From the NCBI GenBank assembly GCA_017468925.1, contig JAFUHI010000009.1:274162-338161 (forward strand): 64,000 nt of DNA, written 5' to 3'. The notes below the pieces were generated by a model that saw only the letters and a program-made list of their open reading frames with translations, had not been told where the DNA came from and did no database searches. Positions 23,025-31,221 of this stretch are shown here, one piece after another. Source of the stretch: Bacilli bacterium (GTDB lineage: Bacteria > Bacillota_I > Bacilli_A > RFN20 > CAG-826). A program made the translations under genes and the position numbers. The first letter of the stretch is position 1. Each line of letters opens with the position of its first letter.

Positions 23025-24233
23025 ATGGACGTCAATTCATACGAAATCGAAGAGCTTGTCAAGAAAGTACTAGGCGAGCTTAGCGGGGTAAAATCCCCAA
23101 ATAGAAGCGTCTCAAACCAAGCGATACCAACCAAAGCCCATGTCGCTTATTTGACCGCTTTGGAGAAATTCGAGGTTAAAGAGGTCGATGTTCCTCCAGT
23201 CGGCGATGACGATATTTTAGTCAAAGTTGAAGGCTGTGGAATATGCGGCACCGACGCACACGAATTCAGGAAAGATCCCTTTGGTCTTATTCCAGTTGTT
23301 TTAGGTCATGAAGGAACTGGCGAAATCATCAAAATGGGCAAGAACGTCAAGCTCGATAGCGCTGGCAAACCATTAAATATCGGCGATAAAGTCGTCACTT
23401 GCATGATCTTCAAAGATAACCCAGACATCACGATGTTTGACCTCAATAAACAGAATGTCGGAGGCGCTGATGTCTATGGTTTATTGAAGGATGACGATCC
23501 AAATAACCACCTTAAAGGCTGGTTCTCGGATTATATCCTTATAAAAGGTGGCTCCACCGTCTTCAATGTGTCGGATTTAGATTTAGAAAGCCGCATATTG
23601 ATTGAGCCATGCGCCGTTTTGATCCACGCGGTTGAAAGAGCTAAAACCACAGGAATTCTAAGATTCAATTCACGCGTTGTCGTCCAAGGCGTAGGCCCAA
23701 TTGGACTTATCTGCGTTGCGGTTTTAAGAACATTAGGCATCGAAAACATCTGCGCGGTCGATGGCAATAATAAGCGCCTTGAATTCGCTAAAAAGATGGG
23801 TGCGACCAAGACCGTCAATTTCACCGAATACAAAGGAATCGAAGCTTTATCCGGAGCAGTCAAAGACGCATTCGATGGGCATTTAGCGGATTTTGCTTTC
23901 CAATGCACCGGTGCGCCAGGAGGCCATAGCAATATCTATAAATTCATCCGCAATGGCGGAGGCTTATGCGAATTAGGCTTCTTCATCAATGGGGGAGACG
24001 CCACGATCAATCCGCATTTCGATATCTGCTCTAAAGAAATCACAATCGTCGGTAGCTGGGTCTATACCTTAAGAGACTACGCCACGACATTTGATTTCTT
24101 GAAGAGGAGCCAAGCCATCGGTTTACCGATGAAAGAGCTCATCACCCACAAATTCCCATTGGCGGAAATCAATGAAGCAATGCAGGTGAATCTACGTCAA
24201 GAAGGATTCAAGATTGCTATCGTTAACAAATAA
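23025..24233 (+). CDS. Zinc-dependent alcohol dehydrogenase (MDR superfamily) with N-terminal encapsulation-peptide-like extension
   Basis: 402 aa protein. Has the catalytic-Zn motif GHEGTGEI, the structural-Zn/CxxC region (CGICGTDAHE) and a Rossmann GxGxxG (VQGVGPIGL). About 45 extra N-terminal residues begin with the amphipathic SYEIEELVKKVLGEL, followed by a Ser/Pro linker. Confidence 0.8.
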   Translation: MDVNSYEIEELVKKVLGELSGVKSPNRSVSNQAIPTKAHVAYLTALEKFEVKEVDVPPVGDDDILVKVEGCGICGTDAHEFRKDPFGLIPVVLGHEGTGEIIKMGKNVKLDSAGKPLNIGDKVVTCMIFKDNPDITMFDLNKQNVGGADVYGLLKDDDPNNHLKGWFSDYILIKGGSTVFNVSDLDLESRILIEPCAVLIHAVERAKTTGILRFNSRVVVQGVGPIGLICVAVLRTLGIENICAVDGNNKRLEFAKKMGATKTVNFTEYKGIEALSGAVKDAFDGHLADFAFQCTGAPGGHSNIYKFIRNGGGLCELGFFINGGDATINPHFDICSKEITIVGSWVYTLRDYATTFDFLKRSQAIGLPMKELITHKFPLAEINEAMQVNLRQEGFKIAIVNK

Positions 24234-24236
24234 GGA

Positions 24237-24557
24237 ATGAATATGCATCAAGCAGTAGGAATGGTTGAAGTTTATGGACTTGTCGCAGCCTTCGCCGCAT
24301 GCGATGCCGGATGCAAAGCTGGCAACGTCACGGTAGAGAGGTTCGACAAGAACAAGCCGGCAAATGCCGATTCTTTGCCTGTCCCTCTTCTTGTATGCGT
24401 TAAATTCAGAGGTCGCGTAAGTGACGTCGAAGCCGCAGTAGAAGCCGCTTTAGATGCCGCTAAACGCGTCAGCGGGATCGTTACTTACCACATCATCCCG
24501 CAGGCTGAGGAAGATACGGAGAAGATGCTGAAATTATCAGCATTTGACGTTGATTAG
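24237..24557 (+). CDS. Divergent BMC-H (single BMC domain) shell protein with an inserted loop
   Basis: 106 aa protein. The BMC-domain core (VGMVEVYGLVAAFAACDAGCKAGNV) aligns to the canonical [25 protein letters not shown]. The canonical GSG pore motif is replaced by an insertion of about 14 aa (FDKNKPANADSLPVP). Two Cys residues (ACDAGC) are present. Confidence 0.6.
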   Translation: MNMHQAVGMVEVYGLVAAFAACDAGCKAGNVTVERFDKNKPANADSLPVPLLVCVKFRGRVSDVEAAVEAALDAAKRVSGIVTYHIIPQAEEDTEKMLKLSAFDVD

Positions 24558-24565
24558 GAGCGAAT

Positions 24566-24901
24566 ATGAGCAGGAATGCATTGGGATTCATAGAAACCTC
24601 AGGTGTAGTGGCTGCCATAGACGCTCTCGACATCATGGTCAAAAGCGCCAATGTGCGCTTCGTAACTTGGGAGAGGAAATTAGGTGGCAGACTAGTCACA
24701 ATCATCGTTGAAGGTGAAGTGGCTGCAGTCAATTCAGCGGTTGAAAACGCCTGCAATAGGTCGATAAAAAAACCGGCTGCCCACCTGGTCTTAGCTTCGC
24801 CCCACGAAGAGACATGGCGCATGGTTGAGATTAGCGCTTCTAGGCTCAAGAAGAAAGAAAAAGCTCAGCAAGAAGAAGGTTATCAAGACGTTCACTTCTG
24901 A
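24566..24901 (+). CDS. BMC-H shell protein with basic C-terminal tail
   Basis: 111 aa protein. Has a BMC domain ([25 protein letters not shown]) with an RKLGGRLV pore region. Carries a Lys-rich C-terminal extension of about 20 aa ([19 protein letters not shown]). Confidence 0.7.
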   Translation: MSRNALGFIETSGVVAAIDALDIMVKSANVRFVTWERKLGGRLVTIIVEGEVAAVNSAVENACNRSIKKPAAHLVLASPHEETWRMVEISASRLKKKEKAQQEEGYQDVHF

Positions 24902-24912
24902 TAAAGGAAGGA

Positions 24913-25415
24913 AAGGAGGAGAGACAAATGGCACAACTCGAAGCATTAGGCATGGTTGAGACCAGAGGACTCGTCGCGGCTATCGAGGCCGCCGATGCCA
25001 TGGTCAAGGCTGCCAACGTGACCCTCATCGGCACCGAGAAAATCGGTAGCGGATTGGTGTCGGTCATGGTCCGCGGAGATGTCGGAGCAGTTCAAGCTGC
25101 GACAGAAGCGGGAGGCGCTAGAGCGCAAAAGCTTGGCGAAGTGATTGCGATTCACGTAATCCCACGCCCACATTCAGATGTCGAGAGGATCTTACCGACC
25201 CTCAAGCATAAAGAAGACTAAATAGGAGGAGAGACAAATGGCACAACTCGAAGCATTAGGCATGGTTGAGACCAGAGGACTCGTCGCGGCTATCGAGGCC
25301 GCCGATGCCATGGTCAAGGCTGCCAACGTGACCCTCATCGGCACCGAGAAGATCGGTAGCGGATTGGTGTCGGTCATGGTCCGCGGAGATGTCGGCGCGG
25401 TCAATGCAGCGACCG
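24913..25415 (+). repeat. Tandem direct duplication spanning the RBS and 5' ~175 nt of two pduA-like genes
   Basis: Seen directly. A block of about 190 nt including the ribosome-binding site (GGAGGAGAGACAAATGGCACAACTCGAAGC...GGTCCGCGGAGATGTCGG) occurs at 24913-25102 and again at 25223-25412. The two copies differ by a single A/G. Sequence downstream of the block has diverged. Confidence 0.9.
24928..25221 (+). CDS. pduA: BMC-H shell protein, PduA/PduJ type (copy 1)
   Basis: 97 aa protein. Canonical throughout: [55 protein letters not shown]...[14 protein letters not shown]. Confidence 0.88.
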   Translation: MAQLEALGMVETRGLVAAIEAADAMVKAANVTLIGTEKIGSGLVSVMVRGDVGAVQAATEAGGARAQKLGEVIAIHVIPRPHSDVERILPTLKHKED

Positions 25416-25519
25416 AGGCTGGCGGAAACGCGGCTAGGAAGCTTGGCGAAGTGATCGCAGTCCACGTGATCCCACGCCCACACTCAGATGTCGAGAAGAT
25501 CTTACCGAAATTAGGTTAA
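25238..25519 (+). CDS. pduA: BMC-H shell protein, PduA/PduJ type (copy 2, tandem paralog)
   Basis: 93 aa protein. Its first 58 residues are identical to copy 1. The C-terminal third has diverged. Confidence 0.88.
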   Translation: MAQLEALGMVETRGLVAAIEAADAMVKAANVTLIGTEKIGSGLVSVMVRGDVGAVNAATEAGGNAARKLGEVIAVHVIPRPHSDVEKILPKLG

Positions 25520-25589
25520 TCTTCACCTTGAAATCCCCGCCGCGACGCTTTGTTGCGGTGGGGTTATGGACACAGAAAGGAAGAAGCAA

Positions 25590-25871
25590 ATGATCGTAGG
25601 GAAAGTTATTGGTAGCGTAGTGTCTACCCGTAAAATGAACTCTTTGGTCGGAAGTAAACTTATGGTCGTTGAGCCTTTATCCGCGACCGAGGGTCCGAAA
25701 GAGAAAATCATCGCAATCGATAATATCGGTGCTGGCATCGGCGAGACAGTTTTGCTCGCTACCGGAAGCGCCGCTAGAATCGGTTCAAATATGCCTGATT
25801 CGCCAATCGATGCCGCAATAGTCGGTATCATCGACGATGAGATAGGCCTTAAAGGAGCCAATCTGTATTGA
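25590..25871 (+). CDS. BMC vertex pentamer protein (BMC-P; EutN/PduN/CcmL family)
   Basis: Has the N-terminal MIVGKVIGSVVST pattern of EutN/PduN, and is about 93 aa. The start was moved to the internal Met that is preceded by an AGGAAG ribosome-binding site. Confidence 0.75.
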   Translation: MIVGKVIGSVVSTRKMNSLVGSKLMVVEPLSATEGPKEKIIAIDNIGAGIGETVLLATGSAARIGSNMPDSPIDAAIVGIIDDEIGLKGANLY

Positions 25872-27196
25872 TGGATTTTGACGGTCTTAAACAATTGATG
25901 CGCGATAATGGCATCGTCGGTTGCGGCGGTGCTGGGTTTCCAAGTTATGCGAAACTCAATGACAAGGCAGATACCTTGATCATCAATTGCGCCGAATGCG
26001 AGCCGCTTTTGCGCTTGCATCGCCAGCTTATTGAAGTTAGGGCAAAAGAGATTGTCGAGACCGCCTCATTCATCGCAAAAACGATTGGCGCCAAAGAGGT
26101 CGTAATAGGCATCAAGGCCGCCTATAAAAAAGCGGTCGCCGCCTTAAGGAATCAAATAGGCGACTCAAATTTTGTTAGAATCCATCTTTTGCCTGAAGTT
26201 TATCCAGCAGGAGATGAATTGGTTCTAATCTATGAGACGACAAAAAGGGTGATTAGGCCAGGCCAATTGCCCGCAAGCGTCAACGTGCTCGTGTATAACG
26301 TTGAGACAATATATAACGTCTATCGCGCTTTGCATGGGCACCCTGTCACCCATAAATTCGTGACGGTCACAGGAGAAGTAAACCAGCCAGAAACATTCTA
26401 CGCCCCAATAGGAAGCAAGATATTCGGTTTGGTGAAACGCTCCGGAGGGCAGAAGATCGATGACCCAGCCTTCCTGATCGGTGGACCGATGATGGGATTC
26501 CTTGGAAGCGATCAAGACGTCGTTACCAAGACCACAAACGCCATCATTGTTTTGCCTAAGGACCACCCAGTGGTTTTAAGGAAGAAAATGAAGCCGAGAA
26601 TCGACCTAAAAAGAGCGATGGCCGCTTGCTCACAATGCAGTTATTGCACCGACATGTGCCCAAGGCATATGTTAGGCCATCCTATCGATCCAGCGGCCTT
26701 CATGAGAGTGGTCTCCAATCAAGATGCGCATAACGTAGGCCCATACCTCAACGCGAGATATTGTTCATCATGCGGGGTGTGTGAAGCTTATGCTTGCCAT
26801 CAGGGGTTATCGCCACGCATATTGCTAGGATTTGTTAAAAACAACATCCGGGCAAGCGGGATTAAATATCCAGATTATGATGGACCAGTCGTTCCAGATG
26901 AAGAAATGGATTTTAGGCGAGTTCCATTAAAAAGGCTCGTCGCCAGGCTTGATTTGGAGAAATACGCTGACCCAGCACCGATTTACGAAGAGCCAATCAA
27001 CGCGAAAGAAGTGGATATCAAATTACTTCAGCACGTTGGCAAAAAAGCAATACCAGTCGTCAAAATCAATGATCATGTTAAAGAGGGCGATATAATCGCC
27101 CATTACGATGATACATCGTTATCTGTCAATATACATGCATCGATCGATGGAACAGTGAGTGAAATCACAAGCACATACATAAGGATAAGAAAATAA
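25868..27196 (+). CDS. pduS: PduS-like RnfC-family Fe-S flavoprotein
   Basis: 442 aa protein. Has an RnfC/NqrA-like N-terminal region (GCGGAGFPSYAKL) and two Cys clusters (CSQCSYCTDMCP; CSSCGVCEAYAC) as in PduS. Lies in the BMC operon. Confidence 0.7.
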   Translation: MMDFDGLKQLMRDNGIVGCGGAGFPSYAKLNDKADTLIINCAECEPLLRLHRQLIEVRAKEIVETASFIAKTIGAKEVVIGIKAAYKKAVAALRNQIGDSNFVRIHLLPEVYPAGDELVLIYETTKRVIRPGQLPASVNVLVYNVETIYNVYRALHGHPVTHKFVTVTGEVNQPETFYAPIGSKIFGLVKRSGGQKIDDPAFLIGGPMMGFLGSDQDVVTKTTNAIIVLPKDHPVVLRKKMKPRIDLKRAMAACSQCSYCTDMCPRHMLGHPIDPAAFMRVVSNQDAHNVGPYLNARYCSSCGVCEAYACHQGLSPRILLGFVKNNIRASGIKYPDYDGPVVPDEEMDFRRVPLKRLVARLDLEKYADPAPIYEEPINAKEVDIKLLQHVGKKAIPVVKINDHVKEGDIIAHYDDTSLSVNIHASIDGTVSEITSTYIRIRK

Positions 27197-27204
27197 TAAG
27201 CAAA

Positions 27205-27756
27205 ATGGCAAAGGCAATTGGACTAATAGAATATAAGACCGTATCTAGCGGTATGACCGCCACCGATATAATGGCAAAGTCCGCGGATATCGAGATATTG
27301 CAAGCCGAGACGGTGTGTCCAGGCAAATATTTCGCATTGGTCGAAGGCGAAGTCGCCGCAGTCCAATCTGCCGTTAATGCCGCCAAAAAAGCCATCCCCG
27401 AGAAATTAATCGATGATTTTGTTTTAGGCAATCCGCATGAATCGATATTCCGCGCCATCTGGGGAACAACAGAAGTTGATCAACCTGAAGCGCTAGGGAT
27501 ATTAGAGACATATTCAATTGCCCAAGCTATTGTCGGGGCGGATATTGCCGCCAAGGCTGCAGACGTCAAACTCATCGAATTAAGGCTAGGAAGAGGGATG
27601 TGTGGAAAATCATATCTATTAATCACCGGCCAAGTGGCGGCAGTGACGATGGCTATAGAAAAGGCCAAATCCAGCGCCGGCGAATACGGTATGTATTTAG
27701 ATAGCTCCGTAATCGCTAGACCGGATATGAAGGCCTGGAGAAAATTCGTGATGTAA
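27205..27756 (+). CDS. pduT: BMC-T shell protein (tandem BMC domains), PduT type with putative Fe-S-ligating pore cysteine
   Basis: 183 aa protein with two BMC domains (IGLIEYKTVSSG...; LGILETYSIAQAIVGADIAAKAADV). Cys in CPGKYF matches the position of the 4Fe-4S ligand in PduT. Confidence 0.8.
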   Translation: MAKAIGLIEYKTVSSGMTATDIMAKSADIEILQAETVCPGKYFALVEGEVAAVQSAVNAAKKAIPEKLIDDFVLGNPHESIFRAIWGTTEVDQPEALGILETYSIAQAIVGADIAAKAADVKLIELRLGRGMCGKSYLLITGQVAAVTMAIEKAKSSAGEYGMYLDSSVIARPDMKAWRKFVM

Positions 27757-27764
27757 GGAAAATT

Positions 27765-28553
27765 ATGTTTAGTTTAGAGAGGCGAAACTTAATAATCCAA
27801 AGGCTCAATCTTGAAGGCCGCATCATCGTTTCCGATTTGTCCAAAGAATTCAATGTGACAGAAGAGACGATTAGACGCGACATCGAGAAGCTTGAGCTTG
27901 AAGGATTAGCCACCAAAACATATGGTGGTGCGGTTTCGACCAGCTCCCAAAATAGAGATTTGCCTTACAAAATAAGAAAGAAATCAAATGTAGAATCGAA
28001 ACAGAGAATCGCCGCTAGAGTCGCTCAGATGATCAACGATGGCGATCAATTGATGTTTGATGCTTCCTCGACATCTTTGTATGTCGTAAGGCAAATAAAG
28101 CATCTAAATAACATCACAATCATAACGAATTCCATCGAGATTATGTTGGAGTTAGGCGATAAAACCGGATGGAATATTCTATCGACCGGAGGATCGCTTA
28201 GAGAAGGGGCGTATTCTCTTTCTGGCTCCTCAGCCGAAAGAATGATACGCGACCACCATGTCGATTTGGCAATTTGCAGCGCCAAAGGAATAGATGGAAT
28301 TATGGGTATCACCGAAAGCAATGAGAAGGATGCTGAAATCAAAAAAGCAATCTTCTCTGCTGCGACAAAGCGAATCCTAGCGATTGACCATTCCAAATTC
28401 GATAAAATATCGTTCATCAAAGTATGCGACATCAAAGATGTCGATGTAATAGTCACAGATAAAAACCCAGGCATGGCGTGGGAGAGAAGAATCTCCGATA
28501 GCAGAGCCGAGTTGATTGTATATGGAGAAAAAAATGAGAATACTAGTAATTAA
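27765..28553 (+). CDS. DeoR/GlpR-family transcriptional regulator
   Basis: 262 aa protein. Has an N-terminal HTH (RRNLIIQRLNLEGRIIVSDLSKEFNVTEETIRRDIEKLE) and a C-terminal DeoR sugar-phosphate-binding domain. Confidence 0.8.
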   Translation: MFSLERRNLIIQRLNLEGRIIVSDLSKEFNVTEETIRRDIEKLELEGLATKTYGGAVSTSSQNRDLPYKIRKKSNVESKQRIAARVAQMINDGDQLMFDASSTSLYVVRQIKHLNNITIITNSIEIMLELGDKTGWNILSTGGSLREGAYSLSGSSAERMIRDHHVDLAICSAKGIDGIMGITESNEKDAEIKKAIFSAATKRILAIDHSKFDKISFIKVCDIKDVDVIVTDKNPGMAWERRISDSRAELIVYGEKNENTSN

Positions 28554-29733
28554 TTCAGGGTCTTCATCACTCAAATATCAATTGTTTGAGATGAATTCCG
28601 GCAAAATCCTCGCCAAAGGTTTATGTGAAAGAATCGGAACCGATGGTTTTATAACGCATAAAGTCCCAGGAAAAGAGGATTATAGCTCCTCAAAGGATTT
28701 CCCAACCCATTATGAAGCGTTAAGTGAAGTCTTCTCATTATTGGTTGATAAAGAGAAAGGTGTATTGAAATCCATCGATGAAATAGATGCGGTTGGACAC
28801 CGTGTCGCCCATGGCGGGGAAAGATTCAAAGAATCATCTATCGTCAATGAGGATATGATCTCTTATCTCGAATCAATCGTTCCAATCAACCCGCTTCATG
28901 GCCCGGCCGCCATCAAAGGTATGAAAGCCTGCCTTGAATTGCTCCCAAATACACCGCAGACAGCGACATTTGACACATCATTTTATTCTTCATTTAAGAA
29001 AAGCCGCTTTATCTATGGCTTGCCTTATGAATGCTATGAAAAAGATGGGGTTAGAAGATATGGCTTCCATGGAACTAGCCATCGTTTTGTAAGCGCCCAA
29101 GCTGCTGAATACTTAAATAAACCGATAACATCTTTAAAGATAATTACCTGCCACTTAGGAAATGGCAGTTCGATAAGTGCGGTGGAAAATGGCGTTGCCA
29201 TCGATACCACGATGGGATTCACCCCACAGGAAGGGATAATCATGGGAACAAGAAGTGGCAGTATTGACCCAACCATCATCCCTTACCTCATGAAGAAGAG
29301 AAATCTAAATCCCGATCAAATGACGGATTTATTAAATAAACAATCAGGACTTTTGGGAATAAGCGGCATTTCAAATGATCTAAGGAATTGCGTTGAAGCC
29401 GCTTCAAAAGGAAACGAGAGAGCTCAATTAGCCTTGGATATCCTAACCGACGGTGTCAAAAAATATATCGGTGGATTCGCCGCGCTTATGAATGGGCTTG
29501 ATGTATTGGTCTTCACCGCTGGAATCGGCGAGAATTCCACAATTGCTCGTGAAATGATTTGCGACAAAATGGACTACCTAGGCATAAAGATAGATAAAGA
29601 AAAGAACAATAATTTCAGAAGAGGCGTGATCGAAGATATATCTGCAGCCGATTCAAAAGTAAAAATATTAGTCATTCCTACAAATGAGGAATACATGATA
29701 GCTTTGGATACCCAAAAACTAGTCAATCGATAA
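28534..29733 (+). CDS. Acetate/propionate kinase (PduW-like)
   Basis: The MRILVINSGSSSLKYQLF N-terminus is the acetate-kinase signature. Start moved to the Met that follows a GGAGAAAAAA ribosome-binding site. Confidence 0.85.
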   Translation: MRILVINSGSSSLKYQLFEMNSGKILAKGLCERIGTDGFITHKVPGKEDYSSSKDFPTHYEALSEVFSLLVDKEKGVLKSIDEIDAVGHRVAHGGERFKESSIVNEDMISYLESIVPINPLHGPAAIKGMKACLELLPNTPQTATFDTSFYSSFKKSRFIYGLPYECYEKDGVRRYGFHGTSHRFVSAQAAEYLNKPITSLKIITCHLGNGSSISAVENGVAIDTTMGFTPQEGIIMGTRSGSIDPTIIPYLMKKRNLNPDQMTDLLNKQSGLLGISGISNDLRNCVEAASKGNERAQLALDILTDGVKKYIGGFAALMNGLDVLVFTAGIGENSTIAREMICDKMDYLGIKIDKEKNNNFRRGVIEDISAADSKVKILVIPTNEEYMIALDTQKLVNR

Positions 29734-29745
29734 GGAGGCGTTATT

Positions 29746-31197
29746 ATGGCAAACATCGATGAAAGACAAGTAAAAGAAATAATTGAACGCATTGTTAAGG
29801 AATATAAAGGGGCGGATACTACACCAAGCACCGGCTACACACCAACCTCTTACAATGGTCGTAAGTTCATCGGCATTTTTTCCGATATGAATGAAGCGAT
29901 AGAGGCAGCCAATAAAGGATATCAAGCAATCCGTTCAATGAGCGTTGAGCAAAGAGAGAAAATAATCACAGAGATTAGAAAACTTACTAGGGAAGAAGCT
30001 TGGACTTTAGCGGAGATTGGTGTTTCTGAAACCCATATGGGAAGAGTAGAGCACAAGAGGCTCAAACATATCCTTGTCGCTGATAAAACACCAGGCACCG
30101 AAGATATAGTGAGCAACGCCAAAACTGGTGATAACGGCCTCACTCTTATCGAAATGGCACCATTTGGTATTGTCGGAAGCATCACCCCATCCACAAACCC
30201 AAGCGAAACAGTCATCTGCAACTCAATCGGCATGATTGCCGCGGGGAATGGGGTCGTTTTTAATCCACATCCAAATGCGGTCTGCACATCGAACTATGCG
30301 GTTGATTTAGTCAATAGAGCTTGCAAAGCTGCAGGTGGCCCAGAGATTTTGGTCGCCTCAATGGATAAACCAACAATGGAATCGAGCGCAGTGATGATGA
30401 AACATCCTCTAATAAAATTATTGGTCTGCACAGGAGGTCCTGGAGTAGTCAAAGCCGTATTAAGCAGTGGCAAGAAAGCGATTGGGGCTGGAGCAGGAAA
30501 TCCACCTGTCATTGTGGATGATACAGCCGATATTGCTAAAGCCGCCAAAGACATAATCGATGGCTGCACATTCGATAACAACCTACCTTGCATCGCCGAA
30601 AAAGAAGTCTTCGTTTTCAACAATGTCGCTGACGATTTGATTAGAGGCATGAAAAAGGCTGGATCATATGAGATAAACCGTGCCCAAGCCGATCAATTGG
30701 CGAAAATAGTGCTTGTGTCCAAAACCGGAAAAGACGGAAAAGTAACCAAATCAGTCAATAGGGATTGCGTTGGTAGAGACGCCAAAGTCTTGCTTGAGAA
30801 AATCGGCATTCACGTTGGCGATGAGATAAGATGTATCATCGCAGAAGTTCCATTCGAGCATGATTTCGTCCAAAATGAGCTTATGATGCCAATCCTTGGA
30901 ATCGTCAGAGTCAGAAATATTGATGAAGCAATCGATCTAGCTTGCAAGGCGGAAGGAGGCAGAAGGCATTCCGCTCACATGCATTCAAAGAATATCGATA
31001 ACCTATCTAGATTCGCCAAAGCAGTAGAAACAACAATCTTTGTGAAGAATGCACCAAGTTACGCCGGCATTGGTTTTGGTGGCGAAGGCCACACGACTTT
31101 CACGATCGCTGGCCCAACTGGGGAAGGCATCACATCCGCTAAAAGCTTCACTAGACAAAGACGCTGCGTTATGGCGGATAGTTTCAGAATCATTTAA
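29746..31197 (+). CDS. pduP: CoA-acylating aldehyde dehydrogenase (PduP/EutE family) with N-terminal encapsulation peptide
   Basis: 483 aa protein. ALDH superfamily with a catalytic Cys context (FDNNLPCIAEKE). The N-terminal amphipathic ERQVKEIIERIVKEY is followed by a Thr/Pro/Ser linker. Confidence 0.85.
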   Translation: MANIDERQVKEIIERIVKEYKGADTTPSTGYTPTSYNGRKFIGIFSDMNEAIEAANKGYQAIRSMSVEQREKIITEIRKLTREEAWTLAEIGVSETHMGRVEHKRLKHILVADKTPGTEDIVSNAKTGDNGLTLIEMAPFGIVGSITPSTNPSETVICNSIGMIAAGNGVVFNPHPNAVCTSNYAVDLVNRACKAAGGPEILVASMDKPTMESSAVMMKHPLIKLLVCTGGPGVVKAVLSSGKKAIGAGAGNPPVIVDDTADIAKAAKDIIDGCTFDNNLPCIAEKEVFVFNNVADDLIRGMKKAGSYEINRAQADQLAKIVLVSKTGKDGKVTKSVNRDCVGRDAKVLLEKIGIHVGDEIRCIIAEVPFEHDFVQNELMMPILGIVRVRNIDEAIDLACKAEGGRRHSAHMHSKNIDNLSRFAKAVETTIFVKNAPSYAGIGFGGEGHTTFTIAGPTGEGITSAKSFTRQRRCVMADSFRII

Positions 31198-31221
31198 AAA
31201 GAAGGGAGTTTTGCGGGGTTT

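Noticed and set aside
23531-23932. 133-aa minus-strand ORF inside the Zn-ADH gene. Similar antisense ORFs lie inside pcrA, ligA, gatA/B, GRE, PduP and the membrane proteins (for example 2132-2359, 5064-5303, 8911-9360, 19153-19368, 30294-30650, 34768-35112)
   Set aside because: All are embedded antisense or out-of-frame within strongly supported CDSs and lack independent coding evidence.
24846-25404. Minus-strand ORFs 24846-25067 and 25192-25404 (73 and 70 aa, near-identical to each other)
   Set aside because: They are the antisense reading of the duplicated pduA-like genes. Their identity merely reflects the tandem DNA duplication, and GC-rich DNA gives long spurious open frames.
25523-26020. 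165-aa ORF on the minus strand overlapping the BMC-P and PduS genes
   Set aside because: It is antisense to two well-supported genes, has no ribosome-binding site or domain signature, and sits in the GC-enriched island where spurious ORFs are expected.
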